From: an uncultured delta proteobacterium
GTDB lineage: Bacteria > Desulfobacterota > Desulfuromonadia > Desulfuromonadales > BM103
Assembly: GCA_963715335.1 (NCBI GenBank)
Contig: CAVQRZ010000014.1
Span: forward strand, 64,001 to 128,000
Direction of reading: 5' to 3'
DNA length: 64,000 nt
The notes beneath the pieces are model-generated. The model saw nothing but the letters and a program-made list of their open reading frames with translations. It did not search any database and had not been told where the DNA came from. Of the stretch, positions 47,985-58,819 are shown in pieces. Positions within the stretch are counted from its first letter, which is position 1. Each line of letters begins with the position of its first letter. Position numbers and translations under genes: made by a program.

Positions 47985-48770
47985 TTATTCGACGGTTACT
48001 TCAGCGTCTTCGACAATAACCCCGTAGGCGTAGCCATAACCAAAGTCCTTGTCGAGGGACAGGGTCCCGCTGATGACGACCGTGTCGCCGGTGTCAGCGG
48101 TGGCGCTGGTGGTGACCGTCAGGTCATTGGCTCCGGCATCGCCGGTGCCGTCCTGGATATGAATCCAGTTCTTGCCCATGATTTGAGGGCTGAACTTGAC
48201 AACCTTGCCACGGACCTTGACCGGTTTGCCGTTCAATTCGGCTTTCTTGGCGTAGACGCCGCCGACGGTCTGACCGCCTGCAGCAGGGGTGATGCCTGAC
48301 AGGTCAACATCGGTCGTCTCGACGGTTGTGCTACCTTTCGAGGCACTGCCGTCCATCATCGGCGGATGACCGGCAGGCATTTGCGCTGCGAGGCTTTCAG
48401 CCCCGCCGACCAAAACCGAAGGCACGAAGAAAATCATGTCGAAGGTGCGGTCGAGGGTTTTGCTGCTGAAGTTGGGCATCGGCATCCCTTCGGGAACAAC
48501 GACATCGTCACCAACCTTGACGGCGAACTGGGGCGCTGCCGCCCAGAATGTCTCGGCGCCGGTGTCTACATGGACATATGTGTACCCGGATGCGTCCATG
48601 GTTTCGAGAACTTTGCCGGATTTACCGGGAGCAGCCTGCGTTGTGGCCGGGGCCATCTGTGCTGAAGGCTTGGCTGCCTGGGTTTGAGGTGCAGGGGGCT
48701 CTTCTCCACAACCGGTGAGCATGGTGATAGAGAAAGTTGCGATACAGAGCAGGGTCATCAATTGCTTCAC
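47985..48770 (-). CDS. OB-fold lipoprotein (NrfJ-like)
   Basis: GGAGGA SD with GTG start, LTGC lipobox, GYTYV..WAA, MPAGHP and IMGKNWIHIQDG. Confidence 0.7.
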   Translation of the reverse strand: MKQLMTLLCIATFSITMLTGCGEEPPAPQTQAAKPSAQMAPATTQAAPGKSGKVLETMDASGYTYVHVDTGAETFWAAAPQFAVKVGDDVVVPEGMPMPNFSSKTLDRTFDMIFFVPSVLVGGAESLAAQMPAGHPPMMDGSASKGSTTVETTDVDLSGITPAAGGQTVGGVYAKKAELNGKPVKVRGKVVKFSPQIMGKNWIHIQDGTGDAGANDLTVTTSATADTGDTVVISGTLSLDKDFGYGYAYGVIVEDAEVTVE

Positions 48771-48979
48771 GGGTAAATCCTCCGATTTTCTTGATTGCCG
48801 GGCAACGCCCGATGGTTTTTTGTGGATGTCGAACATTAGCTGACATTTATAGCATAGCCAGCTCTGGCACAGCAAGTATTCAATGCTTGTCAAGATAACA
48901 GCTTGTTCAGGAAAAATATATGTGCTGTTCCGTAAAGATTGAATCTACACCACACGAAGAGGAACTGCGCAAACGCACA

Positions 48980-50509
48980 CTATCGAAGGTCAGCTTGACA
49001 GCGATCAATAACACGCCGATTTTCGTCCCGGCAGCGGTCGTATTTCTCAGTAAGTTTTCGCAGCCGTCGCGCCAGGTCGTCAGTCAACATGTCGTATGAC
49101 AGCTGCCATTGCCAGTTTCCGGTTGCCTTGCCAGGCGTATTGAAGCGGGCCGAATTGTCGAGACCGAGGATGTCCTGGCAGGGAATGACGCAGAGGCTGG
49201 CATCGCTGGCCATGGCCAGCTCTATGAGATCCCAGGGCATTTCCGGGTGACGTTTGCCGAGATAATCGCGGATCGTGTCTTTTTGCCCCTTCGACAAGCT
49301 CTGCCACCAGCCGATGGTCGTATCATTGTCGTGAGTGCCGGTATAGACCACACTGTTGGGGTTGTGGTTTTCAGGCAGGTAGGGGTTGTCCGGCCCGGAA
49401 TCGAAAGCAAACTGCAGGATATTCATCCCCGGCAAGCCAAAATCGTCACGCAGTTTCTCCACGTCCGGGGTAATCAGGCCCAGGTCCTCAGCAATGATCG
49501 GCATCTTCGGATTCAGTGCCCGCAGCTTCTCAAGCAGCTTGCGGCCTGGCACCTCCAGCCATTGGCCGTTTACGGCGGTTGCTTCATCGGCCGGGATCGA
49601 CCAACAGGCCTGGAACCCCCGGAAATGATCGATGCGGATCATATCGCATTGCTGCAGTTGATGGGTAAAGCGCCGGATCCACCAGTGGAAATCTTCGGCC
49701 AGGTGAGCGTCCCAGCTGTAGAGGGGATTGCCCCAGCGCTGCCCGGTCGTGCTGAAATAGTCCGGCGGCACTCCGGCGACAGCAAGCGACCGCCCTGCGT
49801 CGTCCAGCTGGAAAAGCTGCTGGTTGGCCCAGACGTCAGCGGAATCGTAGGCGACGAAAATCGGGATGTCGCCAAAGATCCGTACCCCCTTGCGGTTGGC
49901 ATAGCTTTTCAGCCGGCCCCATTGTTCGTAAAACACGTACTGCTGATATTTGTACAGGTCGCATTGCCTGGTGAGACGTTCGCGCCATTCGGTCACCACG
50001 TCCCGGTGCCGCTGGCGAAGACCAGCCGGCCAATCGGACCAGGGTTTGCCGTGAAAGGTGTCTTTTAGGGCCATGAACAGACAGAATTCTTCGAGCCAGT
50101 CAGCGTTCCCCCGACAAAACTGGGTAAAGCCTGCAAACCTGCCAGAGGTGTTTCGCTGAAGGAAATTTTCTGCCGCAATCTCCAGCAGGCTGTGTTTCAA
50201 CTTGTGTGCCTGGCCGAAGTCGAGCCCGGGGCAGTCATTGACAGCCGCCTCGACCTGCGCTTGGCCCAGGTCTTTGCAGTCAACCAGTTGCTGCAGGTCG
50301 ATCAGGGCCGCATTGCCGGCAAATGCCGACAAGGTATTGTATGGTGAATGGCCGTATCCGGTCGGACCGAGCGGTAGTATCTGCCAGACGCTTTGACCCG
50401 CTTTGGCCAGAAAGTCGACAAACCTGAAGGCCTGCGCACCGAGGTCACCAATGGGCCACGAGCCCGGCAGGGACGTGGGATGAAGTAGAATGCCGCCTGC
50501 TCGCTGCAT
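48980..50509 (-). CDS. malQ: 4-alpha-glucanotransferase
   Basis: GILLHPTSLP, WQILPL, GDIPIFV, GVPPDYF, RIDHFRG, AEDLG and YTGTHDN. Confidence 0.95.
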   Translation of the reverse strand: MQRAGGILLHPTSLPGSWPIGDLGAQAFRFVDFLAKAGQSVWQILPLGPTGYGHSPYNTLSAFAGNAALIDLQQLVDCKDLGQAQVEAAVNDCPGLDFGQAHKLKHSLLEIAAENFLQRNTSGRFAGFTQFCRGNADWLEEFCLFMALKDTFHGKPWSDWPAGLRQRHRDVVTEWRERLTRQCDLYKYQQYVFYEQWGRLKSYANRKGVRIFGDIPIFVAYDSADVWANQQLFQLDDAGRSLAVAGVPPDYFSTTGQRWGNPLYSWDAHLAEDFHWWIRRFTHQLQQCDMIRIDHFRGFQACWSIPADEATAVNGQWLEVPGRKLLEKLRALNPKMPIIAEDLGLITPDVEKLRDDFGLPGMNILQFAFDSGPDNPYLPENHNPNSVVYTGTHDNDTTIGWWQSLSKGQKDTIRDYLGKRHPEMPWDLIELAMASDASLCVIPCQDILGLDNSARFNTPGKATGNWQWQLSYDMLTDDLARRLRKLTEKYDRCRDENRRVIDRCQADLR

Positions 50510-50771
50510 AGAATCAATCTCCTGTGGCGGATTATGACACAGGATAATCTCCGGGCAAGGGTAAATTGAGCCGATTTGCAAGGCCGGAGCTTTGCCATGA
50601 TTTATGACGCTTGGCTGCTGTGGAGGATTACTGTCTCTTCGGACGCAATTTTGCGAGCTGTACAAGTCCTGATTGACCCGCCCGCACTGCTGCGCTAGAA
50701 TTACTTTACAAAACGGGCTGAAGCCCGTTTTTCTCGTCGTACCTGACAACTGATCAAGAAATGAGGACAGG

Positions 50772-52358
50772 TTGAGCAACCGGTTTATCCAGGAAATTAA
50801 AAAGCGCAGGACTTTCGGTATCATCAGTCACCCCGATGCCGGCAAAACCACCCTTACCGAAAAACTGCTGCTTTTCGGCGGGGCAATTCAGATGGCCGGG
50901 GCGATCAAGGCACGCAAGGCTGCCAGGCACGCGACCAGCGACTGGATGAAGGTCGAACAGGAGCGCGGTATCTCCGTGACCACATCGGTCATGAAGTTCG
51001 GCCATCGCAACTGCGAGATCAATCTTCTCGACACCCCGGGCCACCAGGATTTTTCCGAGGATACCTACCGGGTCCTGACCGCAGTGGACAGTGCCCTGAT
51101 GGTGATTGACAGTGCCAAGGGGGTCGAGGCACAGACTGAAAAGCTGATGTCGGTCTGCCGCATGCGCAACACTCCGGTGATCACGTTCATCAACAAGATG
51201 GACCGTGAAGGGCAGTACCCCCTGGACCTGCTTGCCGATGTCGAGGATAAACTGCAGATAGAATGTGCGCCGATGTCCTGGCCGATCGGTATGGGTAAGC
51301 GCTTTAAGGGCGTCTACAACCTTTACCGCAAGGAGTTGCGGCTGTTCAGGCCCGGTGAGGAGCGCCGTACCGAGCATGTTGAGGTGATCAAGGATATCAA
51401 TGACAGCCGGCTCGATGAACTGTTGGGTAGTGCCGCCGATGAACTGCGGGAAGATATCGCACTCCTTGAAGGTGCAGCCAATCCCTTTCAATTGTCGGAA
51501 TATCTTAAGGGCAACCAGACACCGGTGTTTTTCGGTAGTGCCGTTAACAATTTCGGCGTCGAGGAGTTGCTTGATGCCTTGGTTGATCTTGCCCCCTCAC
51601 CGGGCCCGCGTCAGGCCCAGAGTCGTGAAGTGGCCCCCGAGGAAGAGGCTTTCTCCGGGTTCGTTTTCAAGGTCCAGGCGAACATGGACCCGGCGCACCG
51701 GGACCGGATTGCTTTTCTGCGGATCTGCTCGGGACGTTTTCAGCGCGGCATGAAAGTTCGACACCACCGGATTGGCAAGGAAGTCAGCCTCTCCAAAGCC
51801 ATCATCTTCATGGCCCAGGACCGGGCCAACGTCGAAGAAGCTTATCCCGGCGATATAATCGGCCTGCACAATCATGGCACGATCAAGGTTGGCGATACGT
51901 TCACTGACAAGGAGCTGCTCAAGTTCACCGGAGTCCCCAGTTTCGCCGCCGAACATTTCCGGCGGGTTCGACTGAAGTCCCCTCTGAAAGCCAAACAGCT
52001 CGAAAAAGGGCTGAAACAGCTCTCCGAGGAAGGGGCCATCCAGGTCTTCCGGCCTTTAATAAGCAACGACTACATCGTTGGCGCAGTCGGCGTCCTGCAG
52101 TTCGATGTGACCATGGAGCGCCTGAAGATGGAATACGGGGTCGACGCCATCTACGAAAGTGTCGACTATGCCACCGCCCGCTGGGTTGGCAGTTCCGACC
52201 CCAAGAAGCTGGCAGAATTCGAAAAGAAGAACCAGGCCAACCTGGCAATGGATGCCGAAGGCAACCTCAGCTATTTGGCCCCGAGTGAATGGCGCCTCGG
52301 TTATGTCATGGAGCAGTGGCCGGGGATCGAATTTGCCAAGACCAGGGAGCACGATTAG
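50772..52358 (+). CDS. prfC: Peptide chain release factor 3
   Basis: [26 protein letters not shown] and QANMDP.HRDR. Confidence 0.97.
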   Translation: MSNRFIQEIKKRRTFGIISHPDAGKTTLTEKLLLFGGAIQMAGAIKARKAARHATSDWMKVEQERGISVTTSVMKFGHRNCEINLLDTPGHQDFSEDTYRVLTAVDSALMVIDSAKGVEAQTEKLMSVCRMRNTPVITFINKMDREGQYPLDLLADVEDKLQIECAPMSWPIGMGKRFKGVYNLYRKELRLFRPGEERRTEHVEVIKDINDSRLDELLGSAADELREDIALLEGAANPFQLSEYLKGNQTPVFFGSAVNNFGVEELLDALVDLAPSPGPRQAQSREVAPEEEAFSGFVFKVQANMDPAHRDRIAFLRICSGRFQRGMKVRHHRIGKEVSLSKAIIFMAQDRANVEEAYPGDIIGLHNHGTIKVGDTFTDKELLKFTGVPSFAAEHFRRVRLKSPLKAKQLEKGLKQLSEEGAIQVFRPLISNDYIVGAVGVLQFDVTMERLKMEYGVDAIYESVDYATARWVGSSDPKKLAEFEKKNQANLAMDAEGNLSYLAPSEWRLGYVMEQWPGIEFAKTREHD

Positions 52359-52376
52359 GCTGCTGATCTTGTCAGG

Positions 52377-52517
52377 TTGACAGACGCCTCAAGTTCAGTA
52401 AGGTTTAGCTGCCGGTAGCCATACTCTTCAAGGTGTTTAAGCATGCGGCACAGGCAAGCCGGGAGCTGTTTGACCCGCGACATTTGCGAGGTTGGCCTGA
52501 TGGGGCCAGCCTTTTTT
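52377..52517 (+). promoter_or_regulatory. Sigma70-like promoter and leader ending in a terminator, upstream of asnS
   Basis: TTGACA-N16-TAAGGT; AGGTTGGCC/GGCCAGCCT hairpin with T tract at 52489-52517. Confidence 0.5.
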
Positions 52518-52546
52518 CCGTATTATCTCCACACAGAGGTGCAGCT

Positions 52547-53950
52547 ATGAAGACATTGGACTGGCGTCATGATCGTCTGCGGGTCAAAACTCTATTGCTG
52601 GCCGATCAGAGCGCGGGTGAAGTTTTCGTCCAGGGCTGGTTGCGGACCGTGCGGCGCAGCAAGGGGGTTAATTTCCTGGCCCTCAACGACGGTTCGTGTC
52701 TCGACAGCCTGCAGGTTGTCGTCAGTGAAGAATCCCCCGCCTTTGCCACCTCAGACAGCCTCGGCACGGGCTGTTGTGTTGGCGTCCGGGGGGCAATGGT
52801 CCCCTCGCCGGGAGAGGGGCAGAACTGGGAGGTCCAGGCCGAAGAGCTCATCGTCTACGGCCTGACCGACGAAACTTTCCCCTTGCAGAAGAAGCGCCAC
52901 GGTTTCGAATTCCTGCGCTCGATCGCCCATCTGCGCCCCAGGACCAACGCCTTTGGCGCGGTTTTTCGTGTGCGCAGCCGTATCGCTCACGCCGTGCATA
53001 CCTTCTTCCAGGAGCGCGGCTTCCTCTATGTCCATTCACCGATTATTACCGCCAACGACTGCGAGGGTGCCGGCGAAATGTTCCGGGTTACGACGCTGGA
53101 CCCGGAGAACCCGCCGCAGGTTGACGGGCGCATCGCCTGGCACGAGGATTTTTTCGGAGCGAAGACCGGTCTTACGGTCAGCGGCCAGTTGCAGGGAGAA
53201 CTCTTTGCCACTGCCTTTACCGACATCTACACTTTCGGCCCGACCTTTCGCGCCGAGAACTCCAATACCAGCCGACATGCCTCCGAGTTCTGGATGATAG
53301 AGCCGGAAATCGCCTTTGCCGACCTTGCTGTCAACTGCCAGCTGGCCGAGGAGTTCTTCCGTTTCATGGTCGAGTATGCTCTTGAGCACTGCCAGGAGGA
53401 TTTGGGTTTTTTCAACCAGTTTGTCGACCGGGGGCTTCTGGACCGGCTCGAACTCGTCGTCAAGACACCTTTCCAGGCGATGAGCTACACCGAAGCCGTC
53501 GAGCGTCTGCAGAAAAGCGGACAGACCTTCGAGTTCCCGGTTGAATGGGGGTGTGACCTGCAGTCCGAACACGAAAGATATCTGACCGAGAAGATCGTCG
53601 GCGGGCCGTTGTTTGTCACCGATTACCCGGCCGGGATCAAGGCCTTCTACATGCGGCAGAATGACGATGACCGAACGGTCGCGGCGATGGACCTGCTGGT
53701 GCCCAAGGTCGGTGAGATTATCGGCGGCAGCCAGCGCGAAGAGCGTCTTGACCTGCTAGAGCGCAAGATGAGGGCCTTCGATATCCTGCCTGAAAGCCTC
53801 GACTGGTATCTCGACACCCGGCGCTGGGGAAGCTGCCCGCACGCTGGTTTCGGTCTTGGCTTTGAGCGTTTCCTGATGTACATCACCGGCATGGAGAATG
53901 TCCGTGATGTCATCCCGTTCCCACGCACACCCGGCAACGCGCGGTTCTGA
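52547..53950 (+). CDS. asnS: Asparagine--tRNA ligase
   Basis: NDGS, HLRPRTN, LTVSGQL, FRAENSNT.RH, KAFYM and GFGLGFER. Confidence 0.96.
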   Translation: MKTLDWRHDRLRVKTLLLADQSAGEVFVQGWLRTVRRSKGVNFLALNDGSCLDSLQVVVSEESPAFATSDSLGTGCCVGVRGAMVPSPGEGQNWEVQAEELIVYGLTDETFPLQKKRHGFEFLRSIAHLRPRTNAFGAVFRVRSRIAHAVHTFFQERGFLYVHSPIITANDCEGAGEMFRVTTLDPENPPQVDGRIAWHEDFFGAKTGLTVSGQLQGELFATAFTDIYTFGPTFRAENSNTSRHASEFWMIEPEIAFADLAVNCQLAEEFFRFMVEYALEHCQEDLGFFNQFVDRGLLDRLELVVKTPFQAMSYTEAVERLQKSGQTFEFPVEWGCDLQSEHERYLTEKIVGGPLFVTDYPAGIKAFYMRQNDDDRTVAAMDLLVPKVGEIIGGSQREERLDLLERKMRAFDILPESLDWYLDTRRWGSCPHAGFGLGFERFLMYITGMENVRDVIPFPRTPGNARF

Positions 53951-53951
53951 T

Positions 53952-54842
53952 TCAGAACGCCGGCAATGGGCTTTCGATATGCTTATGGTTTCGCAATGAC
54001 ACCAGCGTATGAATGACCAGAGTGCCGACGATCAGTAGCCCTGCCAGTTGCGTTGTTCCAGGTGGAACCTCCCCGAGCGCCATCCACACCCAGATCGGGC
54101 CGAGGATCGTTTCGACGAGCAGGATCAGGCTGACTTCGGGGGCGGGCAGGTAGCGCGGCCCGAGGGTGATCATGGTAAAGGAAATCGGCAGGACAACGCC
54201 ACCGAGCAATAACAGCAGCAACATGTCCGGACCGGTAATATTCATCGGTTGAGCTCCGGCAGCCAATGCGGCAGGAACGACCAGCAGGTTGCCGAGCAGG
54301 TTGGCCGGGATCATATTGACGGATTTGCCGCTGCGGATGACGACCAGGTTGCTCCCCCACATGAAGGTCGCTCCGAGAGCCAGCAGGTCTCCGAGCAACA
54401 GTCCGCTTGTCAAGCTGCCCGAAAATATCAGCAGGATCCCGCCGAAACAGATGAATATTGCGACCCAGGTGTGTCGGGCGATCTTCTCGCGCAGGAATAT
54501 CCAGCTGAGCAGGCTGCTGATAAACGGCGTGGCCGCAAGGATGACCAGGGTGTTGGCTGCGGCGGTCTGTTTGAGCGAATTGACGAACATCAGGCTGCCC
54601 GTCGCGACGATGATCGCGGAGAGAATCCCGGTTCGACCGATGTTGTGGAAGCTGTGCAGGAACTGACGGCGATAAGTGACAGCCAGAAACACCGATTGCA
54701 TGCAGCCGGTCAGCAGGCAGCGCCAGAACAGCAGGGTCCACACATCACAACGAACCAGTCGCACCAGGAGCGCATCCGGACTGAGGATCAGCACAGCGGC
54801 AAAGGTAATCAGCAGCCCCTTGGTATGCATGGAGAGATTCAT
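53952..54842 (-). CDS. DMT/EamA family transporter
   Basis: About 10 TM helices, LREK and GPRYLPAPEVSL..LVE..LGP.WVW..GE. Confidence 0.88.
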   Translation of the reverse strand: MNLSMHTKGLLITFAAVLILSPDALLVRLVRCDVWTLLFWRCLLTGCMQSVFLAVTYRRQFLHSFHNIGRTGILSAIIVATGSLMFVNSLKQTAAANTLVILAATPFISSLLSWIFLREKIARHTWVAIFICFGGILLIFSGSLTSGLLLGDLLALGATFMWGSNLVVIRSGKSVNMIPANLLGNLLVVPAALAAGAQPMNITGPDMLLLLLLGGVVLPISFTMITLGPRYLPAPEVSLILLVETILGPIWVWMALGEVPPGTTQLAGLLIVGTLVIHTLVSLRNHKHIESPLPAF

Positions 54843-54985
54843 AGCGGCGATAGATGACACAGGCAAGTGGTAAAGGCAAGCGGGTTTTCAGTTTGACACT
54901 TTTTCAGGCATAATGTAGAAACGTCTGACGACCAGCCGGAGCACAGCTGTCCTGCCTGGCCTTAGCTTTTGAATCGTCAGGCAAG

Positions 54986-55840
54986 ATGAATTTTTCATTT
55001 GAAAGGATGGATACAGTGCCTTTGTCGACGGTAGGTAAAATAGGTTTCATAGGCGGCGGGAATATGGCTGAGGCCTTTATCAAAGGTCTACTGAACGGCG
55101 GGTTCCCTGCTGAGGACATCCACTTTTTCGAACCGAATGAACAGCGTCGTGAACTGGTGGTGGATCGCTACGGGATTTCCTGCGCGGAGAACAATGCGGC
55201 GCTGGTCGAGATCAGCAATATCGTTGTCCTGGCGACGAAACCTCAGATCCTGGACAAGGTCCTGAAAGAGGTGAACGGGGCCTTTGACGATGACAAGCTG
55301 TTGATTTCGATTCTCGCCGGAATTACCACGACAACCCTTGAGGCTGGTCTCGGCGGCCAGGCTCGCGTGGTGCGCGCCATGCCGAACACGCCGGCCCTGG
55401 CCGGGCGCGGGGCTGCTGCGCTTTGCCCCGGCTTGCATATCAACCAGGAAGACCGTCGGATCGCCCAACACCTTTTTGAGACCGTCGGCATCGCTCTCTG
55501 GGTAGAAGAAGGGCAGATGGACGCCGTGACCGGGCTCTCGGGCTCCGGCCCCGCTTTTGTCTACACGTTTATTGAGGCAATGACGGCCGGTGGTGTCCAG
55601 GAAGGCCTGCGGCTGGATGTCGCGCACGCCCTTGCCGTGCAGACCGTCGTTGGCGCAGCACATTTGGTCCAGGTGACCGGTGAGCATCCGGCGCTGCTGC
55701 GGGAAAAGGTTTGCAGCCCTGCTGGAACGACGATCAGCGCCATCCGTGTTCTTGAAGAACGTGGTTTGCGTGCCACCATGATGGAGGCCGTCGGTGCCGC
55801 TACGAAACGCTCACGCCAGCTTGGTGAAGAGAACAAATAA
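54986..55840 (+). CDS. proC: Pyrroline-5-carboxylate reductase
   Basis: GGGNMA, RAMPNTP, SGSGPAF and SPAGTT; true start may be a few codons later. Confidence 0.95.
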   Translation: MNFSFERMDTVPLSTVGKIGFIGGGNMAEAFIKGLLNGGFPAEDIHFFEPNEQRRELVVDRYGISCAENNAALVEISNIVVLATKPQILDKVLKEVNGAFDDDKLLISILAGITTTTLEAGLGGQARVVRAMPNTPALAGRGAAALCPGLHINQEDRRIAQHLFETVGIALWVEEGQMDAVTGLSGSGPAFVYTFIEAMTAGGVQEGLRLDVAHALAVQTVVGAAHLVQVTGEHPALLREKVCSPAGTTISAIRVLEERGLRATMMEAVGAATKRSRQLGEENK

Positions 55841-55949
55841 AGATCCTGGCCGATCGGTGAGCTAATCGCCGTGGGATTGCAAATGGCCATCCGGCACAGA
55901 ATCGGGAGGCCCTTTTACTGGTTGATCGGCTTTTTCCGGGGAGGATGTA

Positions 55950-56663
55950 ATGCTATTATTCCAAAGGCTATCCATAGTAATTTTTATGGCATTTCTCTGC
56001 AATGCTACAGTTGCATTGGCCGAGACGCGTTACATTTCCGACCAGCTGGTTGTGTCTCTTAGGGAACTGCCACAAAATGGCTCTGCAACGATCGTCTACC
56101 TCAAGACCGATACCCCCGTAGAGGTTCTTGAGATCGGAGAAGAATTCTTAAAAGTGAAAACGACGAATGGCGAGATCGGATATATACAGAAGAGCTACCT
56201 GACAGTGGATTCACCCAAAACAACGACTATCAGTCGGCTGACCCGGGAAAATCAAGGTTTGGAAGAGCGCGTCCAGGAAATGGAAAAGCGGTACAGTGAA
56301 GTCTCGTCCAGTGGAGATGAGGCCAAAAAAAAGCTTTTATCTGAGCTGGAAGATTCACGTCTGCAGGTAGATAAACTGCAGAAGGATTTACTCAAATCGA
56401 ATACGGAACTAGCGGAGCGTACCCAGGCATATGAAGGGTTGAAAAAGAATTCCGAAAACATTATAGACATCACAGCGGAACGTGACCAGCTCAGGCTCAG
56501 TCACGCGCAATTGACGGCCAAAGCAACCGGTTTGGAAGAAGAGAGAAAAGCGTTCCAGAAAAAAGAAACGACCGAATGGTTTCTTGCTGGGGCAGGGGTC
56601 CTGCTGCTGGGCTGGATCATCGGCAAGTTTTCCAAGTCACGGCGCAAAAGCTCCCTCTATTGA
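55950..56663 (+). CDS. SH3-domain coiled-coil membrane protein (YgiM-like)
   Basis: Signal peptide, ETRYISD, SH3, coiled coil and WFLAGAGV TM helix. Confidence 0.85.
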   Translation: MLLFQRLSIVIFMAFLCNATVALAETRYISDQLVVSLRELPQNGSATIVYLKTDTPVEVLEIGEEFLKVKTTNGEIGYIQKSYLTVDSPKTTTISRLTRENQGLEERVQEMEKRYSEVSSSGDEAKKKLLSELEDSRLQVDKLQKDLLKSNTELAERTQAYEGLKKNSENIIDITAERDQLRLSHAQLTAKATGLEEERKAFQKKETTEWFLAGAGVLLLGWIIGKFSKSRRKSSLY

Positions 56664-56703
56664 CAAAAAAGGCATGTTGATCAATCCCCGCTTATAATAT
56701 GTA

Positions 56704-56731
56704 AAAGCCCAAATCTGCTGATTTGGGCTTT
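56704..56731. terminator. Perfect hairpin, probable terminator
   Basis: AAAGCCCAAATC-TGCT-GATTTGGGCTTT. Confidence 0.65.
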
Positions 56732-56941
56732 CTTGCGTTGCTGTGCCGGCAAGCTCATGTTTCGACCGAACGCACTCCTGACAAACAATACCGGTGGATA
56801 TATAAGCACAAACAACGGCGGCGTTCATGCAAGGCAGCGACTTTGCCGTTTATATTTGAATGGTCGGCCGGAACTCTTGGCGCTCCAGGGCAGGTGCCTG
56901 CATGTAAATTATGGCCTTGATGACTTGGTTCGGGCCTGTCG

Positions 56942-58357
56942 TTAAAGATCATCGTAAACCATGATCTGTTTTTTCCCTTTTGCTTTTGCCCCCCTCATTG
57001 CCCGGTTGGCCCAATGGACCAACTGGTCGAAGGTTTGCGAAGGATCGCCCGAGTAGGTTGAAACTCCGGCACTGACCGTAACCTTTTCTTCAGTGAGAAT
57101 ATCATAATCAAATCCACTGATAAGACCACTGATACGCTGTGCCAGGATTAATGCGCCCTCCTGGTTTGTATTGGGCAGCAACAGGGCAAATTCATCACCT
57201 CTGTAGCGTGCCGCGACATCCGTGTCCCGAACGATACTTCTGATCAGGTGCCCAATTTGCTTGAGGACTTCGTCGCCGAGCATATGCCCGTATTTGCCAT
57301 TGATTTTTCTAAAATCATCAATGTTGATGAGTATTAATGACAGCGCTGAATTGTAGCGCCTGGTGCGAGAGAACTCTTTCTCAAGTTGCTCATAAAAGTG
57401 CCTGTGGGTGTGGAGTCTGGTCAGGACATCACGCGTCACAAATTCTTCAAAAACTTCTTTGGCTGTGGTCATCGACTCGAAAAGAACAGCGTTTTCCAGT
57501 GCGTTAGCTGAAATATTGGCAACCAGGTGACAAAGCTTGTAGACCCGGTCGGAAACACCGCCTTGCAGTTTGGTTGCCGTGCCGAGAAACAACGAGCCAA
57601 TCACACTCTCTTTTTTTATTATGGGAACGACGAAAATTGAGCTCAGCCCCCGCTTTGCAATCTGTGAGCGAACCGGGTCCATAAGTGGGTCAATCGTGGT
57701 GTCATTGACGACGACCGCGCTACGCGTTTCGAATGCTTTACGTATCTCAGGGTAACCATCCAGTCCCAGCTTGATTTCCTCCTGCCCAAGCAAATCATTG
57801 CTGGCCTTCACGGTAAACTCATTAATATTGTTGATACTGACTATTGAGCAACGCTCGACGCCTACGATATCAGCAACCCGTTCAACAACTTGCTGCAAGA
57901 TTTTCTTTGGGTTGCGCAGGACGGCTATGGAATTGGACAGTTCAAGGAGAAGCTTTAGGTCTTTGTGTTCGAGCCCTTCTAAAAATTTTGTGTAATTGAG
58001 ATGTGCATCTATCCTGACCAAAACTTCGGTGGGGTTGACAGGTTTGTCAAGGTAATCGTCGGCGCCAGCTTGCAGGCCCAAGATCATGTCCTCTTTGTCG
58101 GCGTGAGAGGAGAGGAGGATAACCGGGATATCTTTCGTATGTCTCGTCTCTTTCAATCTCCTGCAAAAGTCTATGCCGTCAAGCCCGGGGATATCGACAT
58201 CAACGATTACGAGCGTCGGTCTTATGGTGTCTGAGAGCCTCACTGCCTCGAAGCCATGCTTGGCATAGACCAGAATATAATGTTCCTCCAGCGTGTCTTT
58301 GAGGCTCTTGCGGACGATTTCATCCGCCGTGGCTATTAAAATTGTATCCGAATTCAT
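56942..58357 (-). CDS. REC-GAF-GGDEF protein with a degenerate active site
   Basis: REC (GADDY..KP), GAF, then INIDDF..INGKYGH..GDEVL and RDTD..RYRGDEF. Confidence 0.88.
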   Translation of the reverse strand: MNSDTILIATADEIVRKSLKDTLEEHYILVYAKHGFEAVRLSDTIRPTLVIVDVDIPGLDGIDFCRRLKETRHTKDIPVILLSSHADKEDMILGLQAGADDYLDKPVNPTEVLVRIDAHLNYTKFLEGLEHKDLKLLLELSNSIAVLRNPKKILQQVVERVADIVGVERCSIVSINNINEFTVKASNDLLGQEEIKLGLDGYPEIRKAFETRSAVVVNDTTIDPLMDPVRSQIAKRGLSSIFVVPIIKKESVIGSLFLGTATKLQGGVSDRVYKLCHLVANISANALENAVLFESMTTAKEVFEEFVTRDVLTRLHTHRHFYEQLEKEFSRTRRYNSALSLILINIDDFRKINGKYGHMLGDEVLKQIGHLIRSIVRDTDVAARYRGDEFALLLPNTNQEGALILAQRISGLISGFDYDILTEEKVTVSAGVSTYSGDPSQTFDQLVHWANRAMRGAKAKGKKQIMVYDDL

Positions 58358-58757
58358 TATTACCCCCTGCCGCGGATTGAACCCCGAAAGTGCCCGAATT
58401 TGTTTCGCCGCGCACATTATATAGTCGGCACGCGTTGATTTTCAAATTATACCTTCTGCACGTAAGATGCGAGATGGGAGCAACCTTGAACCCCAGGACC
58501 TTTAGGCGCCATAAATATCAGACCCAGGAAATAGATTCCAGTGCTGCGGAGGCCTGGGTTTTTAGGCGGTCGGCCCCACCAGCTATGCCAACGCCGATGC
58601 CATGGCTATCACAGGATCTCTCGCTCGCCCGTTTTAACATATCGGCCTCAGCTTTTTAAGGGTTTATTCTTTACTGTTATGCAAAAGTCGGTTCCGAAGA
58701 CCTTTTGCCGAGGTGCCGTCGGGCAACCTGCCGTGGCGTAATTCCGTATTGCATACT

Positions 58758-58775
58758 TTATGCGTATCCGCATAA
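58758..58775. promoter_or_regulatory. Palindrome TTATGC-N6-GCATAA upstream of the activator gene
   Basis: TTATGCGTATCCGCATAA; same motif at 60604-60621. Confidence 0.65.
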
Positions 58776-58819
58776 GATATGCATTCATGAGTCAAACATG
58801 TTGAGGAGGCTGTAAAAGT

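Noticed and set aside
50510..50824. Long N-terminal extension of malQ (similar extensions on asnS, the MFS gene, the M1 peptidase and livH)
   Set aside because: Family motifs, and in most cases an SD, begin at later starts
10516..53950. Translation-related genes (def, ArfB-like, efp, efpL, rRNA methyltransferase, prfC, asnS) as one system
   Set aside because: Spread over 43 kb in separate transcription units; expected for core chromosome
56733..56945. Small ORFs or a riboswitch between the SH3 and GGDEF genes
   Set aside because: No SD, protein motif or recognisable aptamer core
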